32,000 bases of DNA from Candidatus Saccharimonadota bacterium (GCA_965230905.1 OZ246396.1:810001-842000); one strand, 5' to 3'; numbered from the stretch's first letter, positions 1 through 8,508 are shown. Numbers and translations: made by a program. Notes: generated from the letters alone by a model not told the origin.

Positions 1-1000
1 CGATAAGGCGACTTGCCTAAAGAAGTTGGAGGCCGAACCGTTCAAGCGTGTGACGCTGTCTTTTTACCGATATGTGAAGATTGAGCATGTTCGCGAATTC
101 CGAGACCAATTGTTCCGAGAATGGAGCGATTTGGGTGTTTTTGGGCGAATTTACCTCGCTCGTGAGGGAATTAACGCTCAAATAAGCGTCCCAGAGCAGC
201 ATTTCGATGCCCTGCGGGTGAATTTGGAGAGTCATGGGCCCTTTAAGGCTATGCCGTTTAAGATCGGTGTAGAACAGGGCGAATCCTTTTATAAGCTCGC
301 TATTAAGATCAAAAATCAGATTGTGACGGACGGCCTGCCAGAAGATAGCTACGACCTTTCCCAGGTTGGGAACCATCTGTCGGCCGAGGAGTTCAATAAG
401 GCTCTGGAGGATGGAGGCGCGATTGCTGTGGACATGCGGAACTTTTATGAGAGTAAAATTGGCCGTTTTGAGGGAGCTTTTTGCCCGGACAGCAATACTT
501 TTAAGGAGGAATTGCCCATGGCGCTGGAGGCCCTAAAAGGGAAAGAAGACAAGAAACTGCTGCTGTACTGTACTGGTGGGATTCGCTGCGAAAAGGCCAG
601 CGCCTACTTTAAACACCATGGTTTTAAGGATGTGAATCAGCTTCAAGGCGGAATCATTGCCTACGCCCATGAGGTTGAAGTCAAAGGCTTGCCCTCTAAG
701 TTTAAGGGTAGCAATTATGTGTTTGATGAACGTATCAGCGAGCGCATCACCCCCGATATTTTGAGCGAATGTGACCAATGCGATGTCAAAAGCGACCACT
801 ATGTGAACTGCGCCAATGCCGCTTGCAACCTGCTATTCCTGCAATGTGAGGCGTGCGGGGAGCGTATGCAGGGGGCTTGCACAGCGGCGTGCCAACAGAT
901 TGTGCAGCTGCCGGAAGCGGAGCGAAAAGCTCACTACGCTGCGCAGAAAGAGGCTACCTACGACGTGTACATTTCTCGCATACGGCCAAACCTTAAGTAG
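1..1000 (+). CDS. trhO: tRNA uridine(34) hydroxylase / rhodanese-domain protein (TrhO, YceA/UPF0176 family), probably 5'-partial
   Basis: The ORF-track start at 26 is a TTG, and the frame stays open back to the window edge. Residues align along their length with my recollection of E. coli YceA (ISFYRY..., GRIYLAREGINAQISVP). The rhodanese active-site loop CTGGIRCEKAS and the C-terminal Cys-rich region are present. Stop is TAG at 998-1000. Confidence 0.85.
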   Translation, partial: DKATCLKKLEAEPFKRVTLSFYRYVKIEHVREFRDQLFREWSDLGVFGRIYLAREGINAQISVPEQHFDALRVNLESHGPFKAMPFKIGVEQGESFYKLAIKIKNQIVTDGLPEDSYDLSQVGNHLSAEEFNKALEDGGAIAVDMRNFYESKIGRFEGAFCPDSNTFKEELPMALEALKGKEDKKLLLYCTGGIRCEKASAYFKHHGFKDVNQLQGGIIAYAHEVEVKGLPSKFKGSNYVFDERISERITPDILSECDQCDVKSDHYVNCANAACNLLFLQCEACGERMQGACTAACQQIVQLPEAERKAHYAAQKEATYDVYISRIRPNLK

Positions 1001-1862
1001 GGCGAAAGTGAGCAACCATGGAGTCGATGTAAAATTTTGGATCAGTTTTGTCAGGGGATGTTCGCAGACGCCAGTTTTTTGTGGCCTGGTCTTCATTTTC
1101 AATAAGCCCCAGGTGGGCGATCCGTTCGTGCGCGGTGCAAAGTGGCCTTAATCGCCCAGGATCGTGGACTTTTTCCAGGGCAAAACGTTGGGTATGGTGC
1201 AGAGAGGTGGCGGGTCTTTTGCAGCTTGGGTAGGAACATAGGCTGCTGGTTCGATTGTCGACATATTCAACAATCGCTTTAGGAATGTAGCGAGAGTTGC
1301 TTTGAACAGGTGAGGGTTGTTCAATTTTTTCACGGGCAGCGGCTTCTTTTAGGACTTTCTCTAAGATTTCTTCAAAGTCGCTGCGTTTCTGAATTTCTTT
1401 TAATTGTTTTGCCAGTTCGGGCCTTAGCTCTAAGACCACTTTTTCAGATAGAGATTCCGGCCCGGGCCGGAATTCTACCCTGTAATCTTTTACGTAGGTC
1501 GTCAGGGTGTGCTTGCTCATAGACTTAATCTTTTCAGCCCAAAAGGATTGATTTTCTTCTGTAACTAAGTTGGCCACCGGTTTTACTCGATATAGACCTT
1601 TTTCTTTCACTAAATCAAGAAGGGCAGGCTTGTCTGCTATCTTCTGTAAAACTCGTAGGGCTTCGTCTACCGTGTAGCGACTCATGCCCGCCAGCTTGGC
1701 GGCGTACTCGTAAATGCTGGAGAATTTTTTCTTACGCCAAATTTTTAGGCGATCGATTTCGGGTAGCAGTAAAATGCATTTCCGAGTCCATTCACGCGCG
1801 TTTTGGCCGTATTCTGAGAATTGCTGGTGGAGGACTTGTTCGAGGGGAGTGAGCTTTGCCAT
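993..1862 (-). CDS. HNH endonuclease-domain protein with a helical/HTH-like N-terminal region
   Basis: 289 aa. The C-terminus carries an HNH-type motif (CSYPSCKRPATSLHHTQRF...LRPLCTAHERIAHLG) with Cys and His ligands. ATG at 1860-1862. The TAA stop at 993-995 overlaps the trhO 3' end by 8 nt. Confidence 0.75.
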   Translation of the reverse strand: MAKLTPLEQVLHQQFSEYGQNAREWTRKCILLLPEIDRLKIWRKKKFSSIYEYAAKLAGMSRYTVDEALRVLQKIADKPALLDLVKEKGLYRVKPVANLVTEENQSFWAEKIKSMSKHTLTTYVKDYRVEFRPGPESLSEKVVLELRPELAKQLKEIQKRSDFEEILEKVLKEAAAREKIEQPSPVQSNSRYIPKAIVEYVDNRTSSLCSYPSCKRPATSLHHTQRFALEKVHDPGRLRPLCTAHERIAHLGLIENEDQATKNWRLRTSPDKTDPKFYIDSMVAHFRPT

Positions 1863-2043
1863 AAGAAAGAGTTAAATTCTCATGGCAGTGAGTCGATGAA
1901 TAAATTATAGGCGAGGCTAATCCAAAAATCACTCAAGTTGAGATGACAAAATGGATGGTGAGTATATATTCACCTTTCGGTCACAAAAAAGGAGCCGACA
2001 AAGCGCTGTTGTGTGATGTGGTTTTGAAAAAAATCAGCTTGCC

Positions 2044-2283
2044 CTATTGGTTCAAATCAGAAAAATGCCATACGCCCATATTTTCAGTTAGATCTAAATC
2101 TTCTTTTTCAGTACATGTGTTGTCGATTGGAGTAGGCATTCCAAAAATTTTATCAAAGCAGTCGCCTGTATATGCAATTTCATGGGCAAGCGTTCCGTCA
2201 TCAGACAATCTTGCACCATGTCCCACAACATTCGATGTAACAAGAGTACCAAGCGCTATTAAAGTTTTTGTTGCTTCATTCAT
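2044..2283 (-). CDS. hypothetical small protein (79 aa)
   Basis: The ORF has a more protein-like composition than the antisense 118-aa ORF. A candidate promoter lies upstream on the minus strand: TTGCCT (2338-2333), an 18-nt spacer, then the extended -10 TGCAATAAT (2317-2309). No homology is recognised. It sits in a lower-GC spacer. Confidence 0.35.
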   Translation of the reverse strand: MNEATKTLIALGTLVTSNVVGHGARLSDDGTLAHEIAYTGDCFDKIFGMPTPIDNTCTEKEDLDLTENMGVWHFSDLNQ

Positions 2284-2344
2284 GGTATTTATTGTTTAAT
2301 TGAAGCCAATTATTGCATGTTTTGACCTACACAGGCAACTAAAA

Positions 2345-2430
2345 GGCCCCCGTTAGGAGGCCCTCTTTGCTAGGCTGCACCGCGTGCAGTGCTAGGCGCA
2401 CTTTCTTTTTTACGCTGTGCTAGCGCACAG
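2345..2430 (-). terminator. three stem-loops in the 3' UTR of the surface-protein gene; the last is followed by a U-run on the minus strand
   Basis: Hairpins are CTGTGC-TAGC-GCACAG (2415-2430), CTGCAC-CGC-GTGCAG (2375-2389) and GGCCCCC-GTTA-GGAGGCC (2345-2362, one mismatch). The last is flanked by AAAA at 2341-2344, which reads as UUUU on the minus strand. A GCTAGGC direct repeat occurs at 2369 and 2391. Confidence 0.5.
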
Positions 2431-2432
2431 TA

Positions 2433-5072
2433 CTAGTATTCTTCCGTAGCGAGATCGATGATCTTAGCGGCTTCAGCACGAGAGAGGTCGTTTGAAGGAC
2501 CAAAGTCTCCATTGCTGTAACCATCCACGATGTTGTCTTCGTCAGCTACTACCACTGCCCAGGCGAACCAATCAGAGTCATCCACGTCATCGAAGTCGAT
2601 GTCGTCTGAATCGATGTTGTCTCCTTCAGTATCGTCTTGACCGGCGATACGGAGCAAGATCACGAGTGCTTCGCTGCGGCTGATGTCGTCGTTAGGACGG
2701 AAGTTTCCATCTGCGTATCCTTCAACGTAGTCTTCTTCAGTAGCGTAGGAAACGTATTCGTAGTACCAAGCGCTAGAGGAAACGTCGTTGTAGTAATTTC
2801 CATCGGCGTCTTCTACATCCTTATCGAAGGCAAGGAGCGCCATCTTAAGGAACTCAGCACGAGTTACGTCGTAGTCAGGTCCGAAGTAGTACTGGTTGTA
2901 ACCCTCAACCACTTCAAGATCAAAGAGGTTACAGATGTATTCTTCTCCCCAGTGTCCGTCCACGTCCACGAAGTCTTCACAATCGTTATCGTTGTTGTCA
3001 GCTCCTTCTTCAAGCTCGTCTTCGTCTTCTTCAAGACAGTTATTGTCTTCTTCGGTTTCTTCTACGCTATTTCCAACGTCCACACAAACCTCTACGTCGT
3101 AGGTGTTGCCGTGGTCGTCGAATACGTTGTCTCCAACGTTGAATTTAACAGATTCTCCAGCTTCGAAGAATTCTGCTTCATCTTCGTCGTCTCCATCCAC
3201 TACGAGAGTGTATTCAAGAGTTTCATCAACGTATACATAGATCTTAACGCTTTCGTTGTCGTCTACATCTTCATCACCATTGTTGGCGATTTCAAAGATT
3301 AGGTCTTCGTCGTCCACGTACATATCTTCAATTTCGAGATCGATTCCATCTTCATCATCGCTGTCGATTTCGAGGTCCTCAGTAAGACAGTTGTTGCTTT
3401 CGCTACTTTCATCAACGGTGTCGGTGTAATCCACGCAAATCTTTACTTCGTATTCCTCATCTTCGTCTTCAAGGAAGTCGTTTCCGAGGTTGAAGCTATC
3501 TTCTTCTCCAGCATCGAGGAAGTCGTCACCAGATTCGTTAGAGAAGTCTTCGTAGTATTCACGGTCACCGTCTACGTAGATAGCTACGTACACGTTTTCG
3601 TCTTCATCTACGTCTTCGTCACCAATGTTTTCAAGAGTGAAAACAAAGTCTCCATCGTCTTCCCAGTCCATAGAAACTACATCGAGGTCAGCTTCGTCAT
3701 CGTCAGAACAGCTGCTTCCACATTCTACATCTTCATCAATAGTGAAGGTCTGAGAAACTTGAGAGTCCGAGTTTGAATCACGAGCGGTGCTGAATGCAGT
3801 GGTCTCGGTATCAAAATTGTCTCCGCTGATGCGAATTTTTCCAAGGTCGTTTGAAGTAGGAACGACGCATCCGTATTGACCGTTTGAAACGTATTCACAG
3901 TCGATTGAGTAGCTGGAATCACCCATCTCTACAGTAGCGTCGCTAATGTAGTTGCCGGATTGATCCTTAACGGTTGCGAGGTATGCGTAGTTGAGGTCCA
4001 TGTAGTTCGTAGCTTGAGCATCGGTGTCGAGTGCACGGTTGCTGAGCGCTACTGCAGTAGGAGCGTATCCGTCTGCGTAAACCGTACCGTTGGCTGCATC
4101 TTGAGAAGCAGGAACGGGGCAGTAAGCACGCTTGCTAGAGATAGTACAAGTGGTGCTTGAGGTTCCAGCCTTAGCGGAATCAATGGTCACTTCGTTAGCG
4201 GTATCAGGATCACGAGCCACGAGCACTTGAGCAAAGTCGATGGTTTCGATGAAACCCGTACCCTCTTTACTTAAAGTAACGTCAGCGCTTTCTTCCACGT
4301 ACCCAGAAACGTTAATGGTGTAGGTGTAAGCAGTGCTAGAAGGAGTGTAGAGAGCGTATCCATAGGCTCCGTCACCCATATCTATTGAATCGTAGATAGT
4401 GGTGTCGCCGGTGCTTGAAGCAAAAGAAACAGAACTTTCGCTGAGCGTAAGGTCGGTTCCTAATTCACTTTGAAGGGCGAGGAACACTGCGTTGTATTTC
4501 AAGATTCCCACTTGGTCGGCCTTTGCAATTGCAGAGTAACCAGAAGTGAGTCGAAGACGAACGTAGTAAAGGCTATCGGTCACTTCAGGGCTGCTTGAGC
4601 TGCTGCTGCCTTCTTCATTGAAAGCAACGTTCAGCGTGGTCTTTGCCCAAGTAGGGATGTCGCCCCAGTCCCAAGAAAGAGAGAACACTCCAGTGGAGCT
4701 GTTGTTCTCAAAGTTGGCGGTGGTTTCAGAAATCACCGTTGCCCAAGAACTTCCGTTCCAGTATTCAACGATGTATTTCCCTCCGGTAGCCGCGGTTCCA
4801 ATGTCCATAGAAACTCCTTCGAACATTTGGTCGTAACCAAAGTAGAGAGCTTCATCGGCATCTTTGCCGATTCGGATATCACTGGTAGGAATGCTGTTGC
4901 TGGCTGCAGTGGTTCTTTCGAAAAGAGTCCCGCTTGCAGATGCATAAGCGACGTAGTCAGAAAAGGCGTTGGATTCATCAACACCTGTGTAAGTGGTCGC
5001 AGCGTTCGCAGTGAGCGCTACGTTGCTTGCTAGCATCAATGCCAGGCTGAGCAGGGAAATAAAACGTTTCAT
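2433..5072 (-). CDS. S-layer-type surface protein: signal peptide, beta-rich N-terminal region, two acidic CARDB-like repeats, three C-terminal SLH domains
   Basis: The likely ATG is at 5070-5072 (MKRFISLLSLALMLASNVALTANA, a signal peptide); the track start at 5096 is a TTG. The C-terminus has three SLH-like units (FVDVDGHWGEEY...TRAEFLKM; YNDVSSSAWYYEY...SRSEALVIL; FDDVDDSDWFAW...SRAEAAKI). The central part is dominated by D/E. Confidence 0.85.
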   Translation of the reverse strand: MKRFISLLSLALMLASNVALTANAATTYTGVDESNAFSDYVAYASASGTLFERTTAASNSIPTSDIRIGKDADEALYFGYDQMFEGVSMDIGTAATGGKYIVEYWNGSSWATVISETTANFENNSSTGVFSLSWDWGDIPTWAKTTLNVAFNEEGSSSSSSPEVTDSLYYVRLRLTSGYSAIAKADQVGILKYNAVFLALQSELGTDLTLSESSVSFASSTGDTTIYDSIDMGDGAYGYALYTPSSTAYTYTINVSGYVEESADVTLSKEGTGFIETIDFAQVLVARDPDTANEVTIDSAKAGTSSTTCTISSKRAYCPVPASQDAANGTVYADGYAPTAVALSNRALDTDAQATNYMDLNYAYLATVKDQSGNYISDATVEMGDSSYSIDCEYVSNGQYGCVVPTSNDLGKIRISGDNFDTETTAFSTARDSNSDSQVSQTFTIDEDVECGSSCSDDDEADLDVVSMDWEDDGDFVFTLENIGDEDVDEDENVYVAIYVDGDREYYEDFSNESGDDFLDAGEEDSFNLGNDFLEDEDEEYEVKICVDYTDTVDESSESNNCLTEDLEIDSDDEDGIDLEIEDMYVDDEDLIFEIANNGDEDVDDNESVKIYVYVDETLEYTLVVDGDDEDEAEFFEAGESVKFNVGDNVFDDHGNTYDVEVCVDVGNSVEETEEDNNCLEEDEDELEEGADNNDNDCEDFVDVDGHWGEEYICNLFDLEVVEGYNQYYFGPDYDVTRAEFLKMALLAFDKDVEDADGNYYNDVSSSAWYYEYVSYATEEDYVEGYADGNFRPNDDISRSEALVILLRIAGQDDTEGDNIDSDDIDFDDVDDSDWFAWAVVVADEDNIVDGYSNGDFGPSNDLSRAEAAKIIDLATEEY
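3000..3689 (-). repeat. two tandem coding repeats of about 115 aa (acidic, CARDB/Ig-like) inside the surface-protein gene
   Basis: Repeat A runs DLDVVSMDWEDDGDFVFTLENIGDEDVDEDENVYV...EVKICVDYTDTVDESSESNNCLTED (about 3345-3689). Repeat B runs DLEIEDMYVDDEDLIFEIANNGDEDVDDNESVKIYV...DVEVCVDVGNSVEETEEDNNCLEED (about 3000-3344). Each has a conserved Cys pair. Confidence 0.7.
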
Positions 5073-5102
5073 ATAGAGGGTTAAAAATTGAAACAAGGAC
5101 TG

Positions 5103-5130
5103 ATTCTACTACAATTTAAATAAATAGCAA
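5103..5130 (-). promoter_or_regulatory. sigma-70-type promoter of the surface-protein gene
   Basis: On the minus strand: TTGCTA (5130-5125), a 16-nt spacer, then TAGAAT (5108-5103). This predicts a leader of about 24 nt before the ATG at 5072. Confidence 0.5.
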
Positions 5131-5166
5131 GTATTTTCTTTGTCCAAGCATAGAATGCAGGGGAAA

Positions 5167-5967
5167 CTACTTTATTACAGGTTTTAGCAGCAGAGAGAGG
5201 AAAAACAGTACAATGGAGACCAAAACGATGGCGCTTCCGCTGGGGGTGTTGAGTATATAAGAAAGGATGAGTCCTATGACCACGCTGGCTTCGGCGAAGA
5301 GTATGGACAGCACCACGGTGGAGCGGAAGCTGTTGGCCATTTGCAGGGCGGCCAGCACGGGAATCACCATCAGCGCGCCGATGAGCAGACCTCCGACTAT
5401 TTTTAAGGAAAGGGAAACGATGAGGGCCGCGAGGACGCCGAGGCCGGTTTTGAGCCAGGAGACGCGGAGGCCGGAGGCCTCGGCGAGTTCTTCGTTGAAG
5501 GCCAGGGTCACGAGCGGCCACCAGAAAATGCTGACGCCTATAAAGGTGAGCGCGGTGAGCGCGCCCAAGTACCAGAGATCCATCGCCGTCACGGTGGTGA
5601 TGCTTCCAAACAAGTAGGTTTCAAAGGAAAGGGGAGAATTGGAAATACTAATAAGGGTAACGGCCGCCGCCAGTCCTCCGGAAAGGAAGAGAGCGTGTAC
5701 GGCTTCGGTGCTCAGGTGGCCCCGGGTGACGATTTTTTCAATACCGGTTGCTGCCAAAATGCTCACCAGCAAAGCGCCGAGCAGCGGCGAAACTCCGGCC
5801 ACCACCCCAACTCCCACTCCGGCCAGCGCGGTGTGCGAAAGCGTATCGGTTAGCATGCTGGAGCGGCGGGCCACTAAAAAGGTGCCGAGCAAGGGAGCGG
5901 AGGCTCCGATGAGGAGTCCCGCAATCAGTGCGCGGATCATGAAACTATAATGGAGGAAATCAAACAT
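5167..5967 (-). CDS. metal (Zn/Mn-type) ABC transporter permease, ABC-3 family (ZnuB/MntB-like)
   Basis: 266 aa and polytopic, with a typical ABC-3 permease sequence (FMIRALIAGLLIG..., LSHTALAGVGVG). It overlaps the upstream ATPase gene by 8 nt. Confidence 0.85.
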   Translation of the reverse strand: MFDFLHYSFMIRALIAGLLIGASAPLLGTFLVARRSSMLTDTLSHTALAGVGVGVVAGVSPLLGALLVSILAATGIEKIVTRGHLSTEAVHALFLSGGLAAAVTLISISNSPLSFETYLFGSITTVTAMDLWYLGALTALTFIGVSIFWWPLVTLAFNEELAEASGLRVSWLKTGLGVLAALIVSLSLKIVGGLLIGALMVIPVLAALQMANSFRSTVVLSILFAEASVVIGLILSYILNTPSGSAIVLVSIVLFFLSLLLKPVIK

Positions 5968-6715
5968 GATGTTTTTTGTGTTTTATAGGAATGAATTCTT
6001 CGCCGAAGGTTTCGTCCCAGAGGCCGTTGCTGAGTTCGGTGGGTTTGCAGCTGGCGTGCAGGCGGCGGTTGAGGCAGAGCACTCGGGAGGCTTCCGCCGT
6101 CACCATTTCAATGTCGTGCGTCACCATTATTATAGTGAGCTTCTTTTTCTTATTCAGCTGAGACAAGGTTTCGTAAAAGTTTTTTTGAGAGGGAAGGTCC
6201 ACGGCGCTGAGAGGTTCATCCAAAAATAGAATCGCGGGTTTGCCCACCATGGCGCGGGCAATTACTACGCGTTGGCGCTGACCACCGGACAAATCGGAGA
6301 ACATGCGTTTTTTTAAACTGCTGGCCGCCACCAGTTCCAGTGCTTCATCAATCGCGGTGCGGTCTTCTTTGCGCAGCGGCCCAAAATTGTGTCGGCTCAC
6401 GAGTCCCGTGGCCACCACTTCTTCTACACTCATCGCGAAAGCGAAGGTGCTGGTGGTGAAATGCTGTGGCACGTAGCCGATGCATTTGCGAGCGGAGGGG
6501 CTGCTGACTTTTTTTCCTTTCACATAAATTTCCCCTTTATTTAAAGAGAGTAGGCCGAGCATGGCGCGGAGCAGGGTTGTTTTTCCGCCGCCGTTGGGGC
6601 CCACGATTCCTACGTATTCACCGGGTTGAATGGTGAAAGATACGTCGTCTAAAACTTTGTGCTTGCCCAGCACCACCGTGGCATTTTCCGCTTCTAAGAT
6701 TGGGTTTGCTGTCAT
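5960..6715 (-). CDS. metal ABC transporter ATP-binding protein (ZnuC-like)
   Basis: Walker A GPNGGGKTT, signature LSGGQRQR, Walker B ILFLDEP and an H-loop VTHD are present. ATG at 6713-6715. Confidence 0.88.
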   Translation of the reverse strand: MTANPILEAENATVVLGKHKVLDDVSFTIQPGEYVGIVGPNGGGKTTLLRAMLGLLSLNKGEIYVKGKKVSSPSARKCIGYVPQHFTTSTFAFAMSVEEVVATGLVSRHNFGPLRKEDRTAIDEALELVAASSLKKRMFSDLSGGQRQRVVIARAMVGKPAILFLDEPLSAVDLPSQKNFYETLSQLNKKKKLTIIMVTHDIEMVTAEASRVLCLNRRLHASCKPTELSNGLWDETFGEEFIPIKHKKHHV

Positions 6716-6763
6716 ATTCTTTTTAAATTCCGCGTGAGCTTTACTAATGTCTGCTCGAGTTCA

Positions 6764-7864
6764 TCATGCAGATTTACGATGCCAGATGCAAGCGATGAAC
6801 GTGGTCACGGGCACGGTGAGAATAAGCCCAATGCTCGCCACGAGGGTTTGAATGATTTCTTCGGCAACGAATTCGTAGTTGAGCACTTCGTAGAACGTGT
6901 GGGAGTGATCAATGAAAAGCAGCAGCAGTGGAATGGAGGCTCCGGCGTACACGAGCACCAGCGTGTTCACCATGGACGCGATGTGGTCTTTGCCCACGGT
7001 CATGGTGCGGCGGTAGAGCTCTACAAAAGAAATATTTTTCTTTGCGCCTTCGAGCTCTTGCACTATAGCTGCTTGGGAAACACTCACATCGTCCAGCACT
7101 CCGAGCATGGAAATAAGGATTCCCGCGAGCAGCAGACCTTGGAAGTCGATGCGGTCACCCGTGTCGGATTTAAGGAAGCTCGCGGCTTCGTCGGCCAATC
7201 CGGTCAAATTTCCCAAGTGAGCAAAAATGTAAGCCATCACCCCGGTGAGGACGAGCGTGACGAGGGTTCCTAAAATGGCCACGCTGGTTTTGTGTTTAAC
7301 ACCGTGGGAAAGGTAAAAAGTAGCGGGAATGATGAGCACGCAACCCCCAATGGCAGACCACACGGGACTGTAGCCCAATAAAATGAGCGGCAGCACCAAG
7401 CGGAATAAAACAAAAAAAGAAAATACCATTCCGAGTAAGGCTTTCATTCCTTGTTTTTGTGAAACCAGCGCCACCACCGCTACAAATAAAATGAAAAGCC
7501 AAAAGAGCAAAGGGCGCCGCACCGTATCCACCACCGAAAAAATATCTTCACCCTGCATGTTTTCGCTGCGAATAATCACGAGTCGGTCACCGGGTTCATA
7601 TTCCTCAGAATAAATGCTGGCCGTTGCGCCGTTTTCCACCGTGATGAGTTCGCCTTCCAAAGATCCGCGCGTGACTTCTATCGCCATTTTTTGGTAGTGC
7701 TGGGTTCCGTCTATGGTTTCTATTGAAGAGGTTTCGGTGATTTCTTGCACGGTTCCTTCAATGACTTCTTCATAATCGCTCACGTTTTCGGTGGGCGGAT
7801 TGAGGTCTATTAAAAACAACGCAATGGTTGCCAGCGTCAAAAGAGCGTAGAGAATTTTATTCAT
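6764..7864 (-). CDS. YibE/F family membrane protein
   Basis: 366 aa with an N-terminal TM, an extracytoplasmic domain of about 100 aa and a multi-TM core. The YibE/F-like stretch is IDFQGLLLAGILISMLGVLDDVSVSQAAIVQEL. The start overlaps the upstream stop (ATGA at 7861-7864). Confidence 0.7.
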   Translation of the reverse strand: MNKILYALLTLATIALFLIDLNPPTENVSDYEEVIEGTVQEITETSSIETIDGTQHYQKMAIEVTRGSLEGELITVENGATASIYSEEYEPGDRLVIIRSENMQGEDIFSVVDTVRRPLLFWLFILFVAVVALVSQKQGMKALLGMVFSFFVLFRLVLPLILLGYSPVWSAIGGCVLIIPATFYLSHGVKHKTSVAILGTLVTLVLTGVMAYIFAHLGNLTGLADEAASFLKSDTGDRIDFQGLLLAGILISMLGVLDDVSVSQAAIVQELEGAKKNISFVELYRRTMTVGKDHIASMVNTLVLVYAGASIPLLLLFIDHSHTFYEVLNYEFVAEEIIQTLVASIGLILTVPVTTFIACIWHRKSA

Positions 7865-8508
7865 AATTGGGTAGGTTGTGGCTGCGCCACTTTATTGTCT
7901 AGCAGACCCTGTGGGTCCGCTTTGGGTAAGTAAAGATCAAGCAAAGCTTTATACGTGGCGAGCCATTCGCGCTTTTGGTAGTACTCGCCGAAGACATAGG
8001 GTTGTTGGTCCGCAACCACGCCCACGCTTTCAATGCCCAAGGCATTGCAGGTGAAGAGCGCGCGTGGAAGGTGGAATTCCTGCGTGACTAAAATGGCCGA
8101 TTCCAGACCCCAAATTTCTTTGGCGCGGAGGCAGGAGTCGTAGGTGCTGAGTCCGGCGGGATCTTGTTCAATCACGTCTGTGGGAATTCCCCAGGTGATT
8201 AAAAAAGTGGTCATTGCCCCGGGTTCATCGTAATACTCATCGGTAACGCTGTCTCCGCTGACCAGAATTTTTTCCACGGTGCCGTTGTTGTAGAGGCCCG
8301 CCGCGGTTATGAGTCGGTCGGCGAGGGCGTCGGAGGGGCGGCCGTTTTCGTTGAGGCCGGCACCAAAAACCAACGCCACCTCAGCGGGTGGGATGCTTTC
8401 GTTCGGCGAATACATTTTACTGCGTTCAAAAGTTTGAATCAGGCCCGGGGAAAAAACCACGGCCATGCCAATCAAGACGAGTCCGAGAAAAATGTATCGT
8501 TTCTTCAC
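7861..8508 (-). CDS. sanA: SanA/YdcF (DUF218) family envelope protein
   Basis: GTG start at 8506-8508 and an N-terminal TM. The DUF218 signature is ALVFGAGLNENGRPSDALADRLITAAGLYNNGTVEKILVSGD. Confidence 0.75.
   Translation of the reverse strand: MKKRYIFLGLVLIGMAVVFSPGLIQTFERSKMYSPNESIPPAEVALVFGAGLNENGRPSDALADRLITAAGLYNNGTVEKILVSGDSVTDEYYDEPGAMTTFLITWGIPTDVIEQDPAGLSTYDSCLRAKEIWGLESAILVTQEFHLPRALFTCNALGIESVGVVADQQPYVFGEYYQKREWLATYKALLDLYLPKADPQGLLDNKVAQPQPTQL

Noticed and set aside
1943-2299. A 118-aa plus-strand ORF in the spacer between the HNH and S-layer genes.
   Set aside because: It has an implausible composition and no promoter that I could find. It overlaps the somewhat more credible 79-aa minus-strand ORF. 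Neither is strongly supported.
2637-3302. A 221-aa Val/Phe-rich ORF on the plus strand.
   Set aside because: It is the mirror image of the GAC/GAA-rich acidic repeats of the surface-protein gene (GTC/TTC codons). It is not an independent gene.
3000-3689. Repetitive DNA that might suggest a CRISPR array or satellite.
   Set aside because: There are only two long (about 345 nt), diverged, in-frame copies inside a continuous ORF. It is a protein-domain duplication, not a spacer/repeat architecture.
5081-7273. Alternative-frame ORFs inside the ABC permease, ATPase and YibE/F genes (for example 5081-5521, 5267-5617, 5639-5950, 6734-7273).
   Set aside because: They overlap genes with clear family motifs and have Arg/Pro/Ser-rich or otherwise atypical compositions. 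They are frame artefacts of moderately GC-rich coding DNA.
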